Below are positions 32,184 through 40,441 of a stretch of 64,000 bases of DNA, piece after piece. The notes under the pieces are model-generated. The model searched no databases. It saw nothing but the letters and a program-made list of their open reading frames with translations, and was not told where the DNA came from. The stretch is from an uncultured Deferribacteraceae bacterium. Its GTDB lineage: Bacteria; Chrysiogenota; Deferribacteres; Deferribacterales; Mucispirillaceae. Position 1 is the first letter of the stretch, and each line of letters begins with the position of its first letter. The DNA is taken from NCBI GenBank assembly GCA_947039395.1, contig CAMQYS010000007.1:971-64970 (forward strand), read 5' to 3'. The translations under genes were made by a program, and so were the position numbers.

Positions 32184-32425
32184 TAAATAATTTTTTGAAA
32201 TATACATAAATATAATGAACGCTGAATTTATCGGCGTTCTTTTTTTATAACTTTTTTCACTATTTTTATCTATATGTTTTGAATAATATTTATGATATAA
32301 TTAAGAATATATATGCGTTTGATAGTTTTTAAAAGTCTGTAGATATTTCTATTGCAGTAGTAATAATAATAGTAATAATTATTATAATAATACATTTATC
32401 ACAGAACATGTATTACAACATCTAA
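32184..32425 (+). repeat. copy b of the duplicated terminator/promoter cassette
   Basis: Near-identical to the conserved parts of 30619-30947 and to 34652-about 34800. Confidence 0.85.
32217..32246 (+). terminator. rho-independent terminator after LRR-1
   Basis: gaacgc-tgaatttatcg-gcgttc followed by T7. Confidence 0.7.
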
Positions 32426-32440
32426 ATGGAGAATTATTTT

Positions 32441-34651
32441 ATGAAGTTCAACACGTCAAAATCATTATCAAGCGCTAATTGTGCAATAACAGGCACAGCT
32501 ATTAAATGTACAAACACTTTAATAGATGAAGATATTGACTTTATAAAACAATATGCATCAACTGTTACATCAATTGATTTTGATAACCGAATAATAACAC
32601 AGAAACAGTTAGATAATATTACTGAAACAGCTTTTCCTCTGTTAGATAACCTATCTATCTCTAACAACGAAATAACAAATTTAAACCTAGCTAAATTCCC
32701 TGCTCTTACAAAACTAACTGCAATGGGTGTAAATAATATTACTGGGTTTAATGATATTAAAAACAATCTCACAACTGTAGAGATATCTAAGGAAAGTGGA
32801 ATTGATCTTGCCGATATAATAGGTACAATAGGTGTAGCTGATAAAACCAAAGTAAGAACATTACGGTTAGAAGATTATACAGAGGCAAACCTTGATATAT
32901 CTGAATTTACGAACCTTACGAACCTTAAGATATATAATCTAGCTATAACCGAGCTTGATATATCTGCACTTACGAACCTTACGAGCCTTAAGGTAAGTCG
33001 TCTAGATAAATTAAATACACTTGATCTATCTCAACTCACGAACCTTACGAGCCTTGAGGTAGGTAATCTACCTAAATTATCAACACTTACTCTACCAATT
33101 GAGGCAAAGAATCTTACGAACCTTGATATAGGTAGTCTACCTAAATTAACAGCACTTACTCTATCTAGACTCACGAACCTTACAAAACTAAGAGTAATAC
33201 GTGTGAAGAATATTACTGGGTTTAATGATATTAAAAATAATCTCACAACTATAAAGATATCTAAGGAAAGTGGAATTGATCTTACCGATATAACTGGTAT
33301 AGAGGACAAAACTAAATTAACCACATTAGGGTTAGGAGATTATATAGAGGCAAACCTTGATATATCTGAATTTACGAACCTTACGAACCTTCAGGTATGG
33401 GATCTAGCTACAAATACACTTGATCTATCTGCACTCACGAACCTTACGAACCTTGATATATGGTATCTGGAGAACCTAGCAACACTTGATCTATCTAACC
33501 TTACGAACCTTACGAATCTTCAGGTATCTGATATAGATAACTTAGTAACACTTACTCTCTCTGAACTCAAGAACCTTACGAATCTTCAGGTATGGAATAT
33601 AGAAAACTTAGCAACACTTACTCTACCAACTGATGCAACGAACCTTACGAACCTTGAGGTAGGTAATCTACCTAAATTAACAGCACTTACTCTCTCTGAA
33701 CTCAAGAACCTTACGAATCTTCAGGTATCTGATATAGAGAACTTAGCAACACTTGATCTATCTAAACTTACGAACCTTACGAATCTTGATATATGGAATA
33801 TGGAGAACTTAGCAACACTTGATCTATCTAAACTTACGAACCTTACGAATCTTCAGGTATCTGATATAGATAACATAGTAACGCTTACTCTACCAACTGA
33901 TGTAAAGAACCTTACGAATCTTCAGGTATGGAGTCTACCTCAATTAAATAACCTTGATATATCTGAATTTACGAACCTTATGAGCCTTGAGGTAGGTAAT
34001 CTACCTAAATTAACAGCACTTACTCTATCTGAACTCACGAACCTTACGAGCCTTGAGGTAGAGAGTCTAAATCAACTAACAACGCTTACTCTACCAACTG
34101 ATGCAACGAACCTTACGAACCTTGTTGTATATAATCTAACTGGCTTAACAGGACTTGATCTATCTGCACTCACGAACCTTACAAAACTAAGCGTAATAAG
34201 TGTAAAGAATATTACTGGGTTTAATGATATTAAAAATAATCTCACAACTATAGAGGTATCTAAGGAAAGTGGAATTAATCTTACCGATATAATAGGTACA
34301 ACTGGTGTAACTGACAAAACCAAAGTAACCATATTACGGTTACAGGAGTACACAGATACAGAACTTAATATATCTGGATTTACGAACCTTACGGAACTTA
34401 CGGTATGGGTGCTACCTATAACCGAGCTTGATCTATCTGCACTCACTGCTAATTTAACATCTTTAAGTTTAGGTTCTAACACTAGCCTTGCAACATTAAA
34501 TCTAGGAACTACATCGTTTGTAAAAGGATTAGAAGTAACAGGAAACGGAAATACAGCGTTAGACAAAATTGAAAAAATCACATTTTTAAAAGATGATAAA
34601 ATAACGATCAATTTAACAGATCCAAATATTGTTTACCCTCCTGCACCGTAA
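32441..34651 (+). CDS. leucine-rich-repeat protein, leaderless (LRR-2, about 736 aa)
   Basis: About 20 LRR units in three blocks. 5' and 3' ends are near-identical to LRR-1. Same SD/ATG arrangement (track start 32426). Confidence 0.85.
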   Translation: MKFNTSKSLSSANCAITGTAIKCTNTLIDEDIDFIKQYASTVTSIDFDNRIITQKQLDNITETAFPLLDNLSISNNEITNLNLAKFPALTKLTAMGVNNITGFNDIKNNLTTVEISKESGIDLADIIGTIGVADKTKVRTLRLEDYTEANLDISEFTNLTNLKIYNLAITELDISALTNLTSLKVSRLDKLNTLDLSQLTNLTSLEVGNLPKLSTLTLPIEAKNLTNLDIGSLPKLTALTLSRLTNLTKLRVIRVKNITGFNDIKNNLTTIKISKESGIDLTDITGIEDKTKLTTLGLGDYIEANLDISEFTNLTNLQVWDLATNTLDLSALTNLTNLDIWYLENLATLDLSNLTNLTNLQVSDIDNLVTLTLSELKNLTNLQVWNIENLATLTLPTDATNLTNLEVGNLPKLTALTLSELKNLTNLQVSDIENLATLDLSKLTNLTNLDIWNMENLATLDLSKLTNLTNLQVSDIDNIVTLTLPTDVKNLTNLQVWSLPQLNNLDISEFTNLMSLEVGNLPKLTALTLSELTNLTSLEVESLNQLTTLTLPTDATNLTNLVVYNLTGLTGLDLSALTNLTKLSVISVKNITGFNDIKNNLTTIEVSKESGINLTDIIGTTGVTDKTKVTILRLQEYTDTELNISGFTNLTELTVWVLPITELDLSALTANLTSLSLGSNTSLATLNLGTTSFVKGLEVTGNGNTALDKIEKITFLKDDKITINLTDPNIVYPPAP
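32885..34501 (+). repeat. in-frame 66-69-nt tandem coding repeats (LRR units) in LRR-2
   Basis: As in LRR-1, interrupted by two internal copies of the NITGFNDIKNN cap module. Confidence 0.85.
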
Positions 34652-34800
34652 TAAATAATTTTTTGAAATATACATAAATATAATGAACGCTGAATTTATC
34701 GGTGTTCTTTTTTTATCTATTTTTGTATATAATTTTTATAACTTTTTTTCACTATTTTTTATCTATATGTTTTGAGTTATATTTATGATAACATTAACTG
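34652..34800 (+). repeat. copy c (partial) of the duplicated cassette
   Basis: Same taataaataattttttgaaatatacataaatataatgaacgctgaatttatcgg(t)gttc and cactatttttt..tatatgttttga..atatttatgata, then diverges. Confidence 0.8.
34685..34714 (+). terminator. rho-independent terminator after LRR-2
   Basis: gaacgc-loop-gtgttc (one G-U pair) followed by T7. Confidence 0.6.
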
Positions 34801-34985
34801 TCTGCGTATATTTATCATTCTAAATACAGTTATAATTTTATCTAAACGGAGAGTTATCTCATGAAATCTATCACCACTTAAATCACTTATGTTACTGCTT
34901 TTTTTCTGCTATAATTTTTAATACTTACGCAAATGATAAAACTGCTAACAGAAAAAATAAACACGTATCAAGTGCTAACTATACA

Positions 34986-35549
34986 ATGGTTTCAGCAACT
35001 ATTATATGTAAAAACTCATTGATAGATAACGATATAAATTTTATAAAAAAACATGCAAAAATTATTACATCGCTTGATCTGACTTCTCATGATTATGTTG
35101 ATGATATCGTAACACAATCACAGGTGGATAATATTATAAACGGAACTACAAAATTTCCTCGCTTAGATAGTTTATCTATCTCTAACAACAGAGATATCTC
35201 TTCTTTAAATTTAAAAAACTTGCCTAAACTTACAAAATTATACGCCTTACGAATCCATAATATTACTGGATTTAACCGTGTTAAAAATCAATTAACAGCT
35301 TTAGAAATATCTGAAGTAAGTCGTATATCTCCTAACGATATAAAATCTTTAAGTAAATTAACTGTATTAGCACTACATGAGTACAGTAACATTAATAGTA
35401 TTGATCTATCTAAACTTACCAATCTTACTGATCTTACTATAAATCAAATGTATAAAGTAACCACTCTTATAATGTCCGTAACAGCATGCAAAATTACCAA
35501 TATCACAGTAACAAATCTAAACACACTAACTAAAATATATAAACCGTAA
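34986..35549 (+). CDS. short LRR paralogue (LRR-3), probably a 5'-frameshifted remnant
   Basis: SATIICKNSLIDNDINFIKKHAKIITSLDLT aligns with the LRR-1/2 N-termini. It has one NITGFN cap plus about 3 LRR units. The reading frame is open upstream to 34860, but the SD-ATG (34861) is in another frame. Confidence 0.6.
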   Translation: MVSATIICKNSLIDNDINFIKKHAKIITSLDLTSHDYVDDIVTQSQVDNIINGTTKFPRLDSLSISNNRDISSLNLKNLPKLTKLYALRIHNITGFNRVKNQLTALEISEVSRISPNDIKSLSKLTVLALHEYSNINSIDLSKLTNLTDLTINQMYKVTTLIMSVTACKITNITVTNLNTLTKIYKP

Positions 35550-35560
35550 AATGACACAAC

Positions 35561-35591
35561 AAAAAAGGATAGATTTAACTCTATCCTTTTT
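35561..35591. terminator. bidirectional rho-independent terminator
   Basis: aaaaaggatag-atttaact-ctatccttttt. A-run and T-run flank an 11-bp stem, between convergent LRR-3 and trxA. Confidence 0.75.
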
Positions 35592-35621
35592 ATGTATAAT
35601 CAACAAATTAGTTGAAACTAA

Positions 35622-35939
35622 CTATAAATGTTTATTAATTGCATCAACGTAAGCAGCACGTGGTTGTACACCTATAAACTGCTCTACTACTTCACCATTT
35701 TTAAATAATAAAACAGTCGGAATACTCATAACATTATACTCAGAAGCTAACTCTTGGTTATCATCAACATTAATCTTTACAACACCAGCTTTGCCATCAA
35801 ACTCTTTCTGTAACTCATCAATAATTGGAGTTAACATCTTACATGGCATACACCAGTCTGCCCAAAAATCAACTAAAACAGGTACTGATGATTTCAGTAC
35901 TTCAGACTCAAAATTACTTGCGTTTATCTCTAATGCCAT
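35622..35939 (-). CDS. trxA: thioredoxin
   Basis: 105 aa, VLVDFWADWCMPCK active site, PTVLLFKNGE. AGGAG SD. Confidence 0.93.
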   Translation of the reverse strand: MALEINASNFESEVLKSSVPVLVDFWADWCMPCKMLTPIIDELQKEFDGKAGVVKINVDDNQELASEYNVMSIPTVLLFKNGEVVEQFIGVQPRAAYVDAINKHL

Positions 35940-35985
35940 ATCTAATCTCCTTTAATACTTTTGATTATTTAGTAAACTAATTCGC

Positions 35986-36014
35986 ATTATCCATGCATTT
36001 ATAATAATTGTCAA
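35986..36014 (-). promoter_or_regulatory. sigma-70-type promoter of trxA
   Basis: Minus strand reads TTGACA (36014-36009), 17 nt, GATAAT (35991-35986), about 45 nt upstream of the start codon. Confidence 0.5.
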
Positions 36015-36084
36015 TAAAAATTGATTGAGCATATTATTATCTCAATTTAATAGATATATGCAACTGTAAATATCTATTAAATAA

Positions 36085-36891
36085 CTAATTAATTATAAAA
36101 ATACATCTCTTCTTATATACACATTCAATACATGAATCAGAAAATGAGTACTTACACCCCATAGCTATACCTAGTCTTGATATAGCGAAATCATACTTCG
36201 CAGGGTCTTTAGGATTAAGCTTACTAAAATAGCTTGTTATCTTATCTAGAGAAGCCTTAGGAGAGGTATTACTAGACACTATACCCATATTAACAGATGC
36301 TCGCTTTATATGAGTATCAACTGGCATATATAACATACTCGGTTGAAAAATCTTACCCTTCCATAAACCAAGATCAATCACATCTTTACGGATCATCCAA
36401 CGCAGAAACATCATCAACCGTTTAGATGCAGATTTGCCCGGCATAGGAACTAAAAAATTCACACCATTTGTAATCGTTTTGAACTCCTTACGTATATCCT
36501 CTATAGATAACCGTAGGCACTCATCAATTCCATTATCAGCATGTCTTTCAAATATAGATCTTATAGATCCATACCTATCATACAACCTATTTATAACAAG
36601 AGAGTAACTAGAAATATCTGCTGCTGTTTGAAAACGATAATAAATATTTTCATTACTAAAGCTATTTATTTTTATAGGATCAGTACCTGCATATTCAAAA
36701 TAGTTTGTTAGAAAACCTTTAATAGCTTTAACATTACCATATGCAAAAATTGCAGACGTGAACGCTATAAACTCCGTATTGCCTTCAAGAACATGAGGAA
36801 AATATATCGGATCTGTCTCTATATAATCCTTAGAGTTATACCTTTGATACAACTCTTCAAAATATTCCTTTCGTTTATCTTCACTCATCAT
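36085..36891 (-). CDS. DUF2400/TIGR02757-like conserved protein of unknown function
   Basis: DPIYFPH...EFIAFTSAIFAYGNVKAIKGFL and C-terminal Cys-rich tail, recalled as the TIGR02757 pattern. 11-nt overlap with the radical-SAM gene. Confidence 0.55.
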   Translation of the reverse strand: MMSEDKRKEYFEELYQRYNSKDYIETDPIYFPHVLEGNTEFIAFTSAIFAYGNVKAIKGFLTNYFEYAGTDPIKINSFSNENIYYRFQTAADISSYSLVINRLYDRYGSIRSIFERHADNGIDECLRLSIEDIRKEFKTITNGVNFLVPMPGKSASKRLMMFLRWMIRKDVIDLGLWKGKIFQPSMLYMPVDTHIKRASVNMGIVSSNTSPKASLDKITSYFSKLNPKDPAKYDFAISRLGIAMGCKYSFSDSCIECVYKKRCIFIIN

Positions 36892-39325
36892 TTAGTTCTT
36901 CAATATTTAATCTTACGATCTCTATTTCACTACTTTGTAATCCAGCCGATTTAAAAAACTTAAGCATATTGAACGCACCTTGTGAAGTTACTTTCATCTC
37001 TAATATATTATCAGAGTGTGACAATAGATATTCATCAATATATACTTTCTTCAATCTTCCTTTTTTATCTTCAACTTCATAGAAGTTTGTTCCACCATTA
37101 AGCAGTTTAACAAATAGATCGTAATTACTATTTGATAATTTTAATTTAATTTTTAAAGAACTTTTTAATTTTAATGATTGTATCTTTTCAATGTTTTTAA
37201 GCTCTATTCCTTCAACCATATTTTTATTAACTTCTACAATAAAATCATCTATATTGTTAATTTCAGCCCTAATAAGTAATATCTCATTATCTCCTGTAAC
37301 ACCAACTTGTAACGGTTGGATTAATACAATTTTTGGCTGTGGATTAAATCCTTCTGTATATGCAATATTAACCTTACAGATATCTAGTGAGTGATTAATT
37401 AGTCGTACAGTATCAAGCGTTGATAAAAACTTTGCACCCTTATCTTTTCTATATCTTATTAGATAATTAAAATAATCTTTATCCTCTTTATCCTCTTTAT
37501 TCTCACTTTCATTTTTATCATCTAACTCATTTATAAATAAAGAATTATCTTCAACTGATTTAGCGTTAGTAACTTGTATCACTTTAAAATCACACACACC
37601 ACAAGCAAAACATTTACCTCTTCTACAATCATCTATCATAGCTTCATTTTTTGCAGCTTCAAACTCTTTCAGCTTAAACTTTTTAGTAACACCAGTGTCT
37701 ATATTATCCCATGGTAGCACATCATGTGCATCATAATTTTTTTCAGCAATATTAAGCATATCAATACCTATTTCATTAGCTGTTTCTACCCATATATTAT
37801 AATCGAAAAACTCATGCCATGGATCTAAATATCCACCCTTTTCAACCATTTTCTCAAGAAGATCACCTATTGATTTTCCCCCTCTTGATAGAACAGCTTC
37901 AATTTTAGATGTTTTAATATCATGATATTTAAGTTTAAATCTTGTAGGAGCAACTTCTCTTTTTAACAGCTGTATTTTTCTATGAAATTCATCTGCACTA
38001 TTCTGTCCTAAAAACTCAAAAATAGTATGCGCTTTAGGAACAAAATTTGATACCGATATAGTAACATTAAAAGATCGTTTATTAGCAGCATGATATATCT
38101 TTCTTGCAAGATCAATAATACCTTTTACATCATCATCTGTTTCAAAAGGTAGTCCTATCATAAAGTATAGCTTAACAGATGTGACGCCACACTCTGATGC
38201 TAATTTAATTGAATCAAGTATCTGCTCTTCTGAAAGATTTTTGTTTATAATCTTTCTCATTCTTTCAGATCCAGCCTCAGGTGCTATTGTGAAAGATGAA
38301 CGACGTACACCTGTAATCTCTTTAAACAACTCTTTGCTTACAGAGTCTGCTCTAAGCGAAGGTGTTGATAGCGATGTATGTTTAGAGTCTAATCCTCTAT
38401 GTAAATTTTTAATAAGTGGCGTTAGCTGTGAGTAATCTCCTGTTGACAACGACAATAAAGATACCTCTTTATATCCAGAGTTAGTAGCTTGATTTATAGC
38501 TTCTTGTGTGATTTTTTCAACCGATCTCTCTCTAACAGGACGGTATATCATCCCTGCTTGACAAAACCTACATCCTGCCGTGCAACCCCTTGCAATTTCA
38601 ACAGTTATTCTATCTTGAACAGCTTCAAGCGTTGTAATTAAAGGTTTTTGTACACCATCACTATCTGCAAATGTTTTTGATACATCTCTTAATGGTCTTT
38701 TATTCGGATCTATTAAAGGTATATAAAGAAATGGATACTTATTATTAAGATAAACTAGAATATCTTTTTTAGATGTAGACTTAGATTTTAAATCGCCTAT
38801 CTCTTCAACTATTTTAGTTATATGATCATCAGCTTCACCGATATAAAATATATCCATAAACATTGATATCGGTGCTGGATTAAATGTTGCACCACCACCT
38901 GCTATAACGATTGGAGTGCTATTATCATCTAATCTATCTTTTGATCGTAAACTAATATTTGAGTTTTTAAGAATAGCAAGGATCGTTGTATAACTTAATT
39001 CATAAGCTATCGAAAAACCTAACACATCAAAATCTCGTAAACTCTTTGAGTGCTCTATAGATCTAAAAATATCGCTTCCAAACATCTCTACTGCATCTAT
39101 CCACGGTGCAAAAAATCTTTCACAAGATATCTTGTCTGACCTATTTAAAATATCATACAGTAACCTATAACCTAAATGCGATGAACCTATCTCATATATA
39201 TCTGGGAAGATTAAACAAAATGATGTAAGCTCATTATGATTATCTTTTTTAATACTATTGATCTCACTACCAACATATCTTGCTGGTTTAGAGATATCTA
39301 ACAACCTATTATTTTTCTCTAACAT
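36881..39325 (-). CDS. B12-binding-like radical SAM protein fused to DUF2344 (TIGR03960 + TIGR03936 type)
   Basis: ARGCTAGCRFCQAGMIYRPVRERS CxxxCxxC motif. C-terminal FSTLDTVRLINHSL...YTEGFNPQPK is DUF2344-like. Confidence 0.85.
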   Translation of the reverse strand: MLEKNNRLLDISKPARYVGSEINSIKKDNHNELTSFCLIFPDIYEIGSSHLGYRLLYDILNRSDKISCERFFAPWIDAVEMFGSDIFRSIEHSKSLRDFDVLGFSIAYELSYTTILAILKNSNISLRSKDRLDDNSTPIVIAGGGATFNPAPISMFMDIFYIGEADDHITKIVEEIGDLKSKSTSKKDILVYLNNKYPFLYIPLIDPNKRPLRDVSKTFADSDGVQKPLITTLEAVQDRITVEIARGCTAGCRFCQAGMIYRPVRERSVEKITQEAINQATNSGYKEVSLLSLSTGDYSQLTPLIKNLHRGLDSKHTSLSTPSLRADSVSKELFKEITGVRRSSFTIAPEAGSERMRKIINKNLSEEQILDSIKLASECGVTSVKLYFMIGLPFETDDDVKGIIDLARKIYHAANKRSFNVTISVSNFVPKAHTIFEFLGQNSADEFHRKIQLLKREVAPTRFKLKYHDIKTSKIEAVLSRGGKSIGDLLEKMVEKGGYLDPWHEFFDYNIWVETANEIGIDMLNIAEKNYDAHDVLPWDNIDTGVTKKFKLKEFEAAKNEAMIDDCRRGKCFACGVCDFKVIQVTNAKSVEDNSLFINELDDKNESENKEDKEDKDYFNYLIRYRKDKGAKFLSTLDTVRLINHSLDICKVNIAYTEGFNPQPKIVLIQPLQVGVTGDNEILLIRAEINNIDDFIVEVNKNMVEGIELKNIEKIQSLKLKSSLKIKLKLSNSNYDLFVKLLNGGTNFYEVEDKKGRLKKVYIDEYLLSHSDNILEMKVTSQGAFNMLKFFKSAGLQSSEIEIVRLNIEELNDE

Positions 39326-39331
39326 ATTTCT

Positions 39332-40441
39332 TTAATCAATACCTCTCCATTTTCTTATATGAATGGAATTAACTATTCCAAGCATACAGTAAAATGATAG
39401 CAATGATGAACCTCCGTAACTTATAAATGGCATAGGAATACCTACTATTGGCATCATTCCAACTGTCATATATGAATTTATCATAAACTGAAAGAATATA
39501 TATGCAGCAACAGCAAATGCAATGATTTTACCACCTGCATCTTTCTGTTGGGACGATATACTCAAAATTCTAAATAGCAATAAAAAGAAAAGAATAACTA
39601 CACATAATCCACCGATCAATCCAAACTCTTCATTTATAACCGAATAAATAAAATCCGTATGTCTCTCTGGTATAAAACGTAAATGTGATTGAGTACCTTT
39701 TAAATATCCTTTACCGCTTATGCCACCTGAACCTATAGCGATTTTAGATTGGATAACATGATATCCTTTACCGAATGGATCGTTCTCTGGATTAAGAAAA
39801 GTTAATACTCTATCTTTCTGATAATCTCGTAAATTGCTCCACGCAATAGGCGCTATGAATAGTAGAGATATAAATATTGCTATAAATGTTTTTCTCTTTA
39901 CTCCAAAAAATAAAATTACCGACGACCAAATAATAAAATATGTCATCGCTGTTCCTAAATCTGGTTGTAAAAATACTAAGAAAAATGGAGGGATAAGCAA
40001 AAAAGATTTCTTTAAAATCTTTACAATACCAAATGGCTTGCCATCAAAATCCATAAATATCTTTCCTAATGTAATAACCCATATAGTTTTGAATACTTCT
40101 GATGGTTGTATCGTAAGCGGACCGATTGATAACCAACGCTGTGCACCCATACCAACAAATCCAGTGATCTCAACAATAATTAAAAGAAGTATTCCAAAAG
40201 AATATATATATATTGAATAAAGTACTAACTTACTATAATTTATTACTGAAAAAACAAAAAAACCGACTACACTTATAGCTAGCCACATCGTTTGTCTTTC
40301 ATAGTAAGGTTCAACCTCTCCTAAGGATGGATCGTAACCTGCTGAATAAATAGACAAAACTCCAACTGTAGACAATGCAAACATTATAAGAAAAAGTTTG
40401 TAATCTGTACGACTAAATATACTTTTAATTCTTTTTAACAT
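39332..40441 (-). CDS. rodA: rod-shape-determining peptidoglycan polymerase RodA (SEDS family)
   Basis: FtsW/RodA/SpoVE topology and motifs (QPSEVFK, LQPDLGTA, HTDFIYS, PFISYGGSS). Confidence 0.92.
   Translation of the reverse strand: MLKRIKSIFSRTDYKLFLIMFALSTVGVLSIYSAGYDPSLGEVEPYYERQTMWLAISVVGFFVFSVINYSKLVLYSIYIYSFGILLLIIVEITGFVGMGAQRWLSIGPLTIQPSEVFKTIWVITLGKIFMDFDGKPFGIVKILKKSFLLIPPFFLVFLQPDLGTAMTYFIIWSSVILFFGVKRKTFIAIFISLLFIAPIAWSNLRDYQKDRVLTFLNPENDPFGKGYHVIQSKIAIGSGGISGKGYLKGTQSHLRFIPERHTDFIYSVINEEFGLIGGLCVVILFFLLLFRILSISSQQKDAGGKIIAFAVAAYIFFQFMINSYMTVGMMPIVGIPMPFISYGGSSLLSFYCMLGIVNSIHIRKWRGID

Noticed and set aside
32228-32255. An exact GCCGATAA (sigma-28 -10 consensus) on the minus strand inside the LRR terminator loop, with AAAAGTTA 12 nt upstream in copy b. 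This would be a possible antisense promoter into LRR-1.
   Set aside because: The -35-like element is present in only one of the three cassette copies, and the -10 lies within a stable hairpin. It is most likely coincidence. Strand-specific RNA-seq would settle it.
31425-34501. Regularly spaced about 66-nt repeats that superficially resemble a CRISPR or satellite array.
   Set aside because: The period is a multiple of 3 and the repeats are in frame within long ORFs encoding a clear LRR consensus. There are no unique spacers and no cas genes.
31811-34611. Long antisense ORFs inside the LRR genes (31811-32143, 32434-32850, 33031-33324, 34072-34611, minus strand).
   Set aside because: They mirror the sense repeats: antisense of AAC-CTT-ACG-type codons contains no stops. 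They have no SD sites and translate to low-complexity R/V/S/F strings. They are a by-product of repetitive coding DNA.
30963-34651. Very high density of N-x-S/T sequons (NLT) in the LRR proteins, hinting at N-glycosylation.
   Set aside because: NLT is simply the conserved Asn-ladder position of this LRR consensus. The Campylobacter-type D/E-x-N-x-S/T context is not generally met. No pglB or NGT gene is visible in the window.
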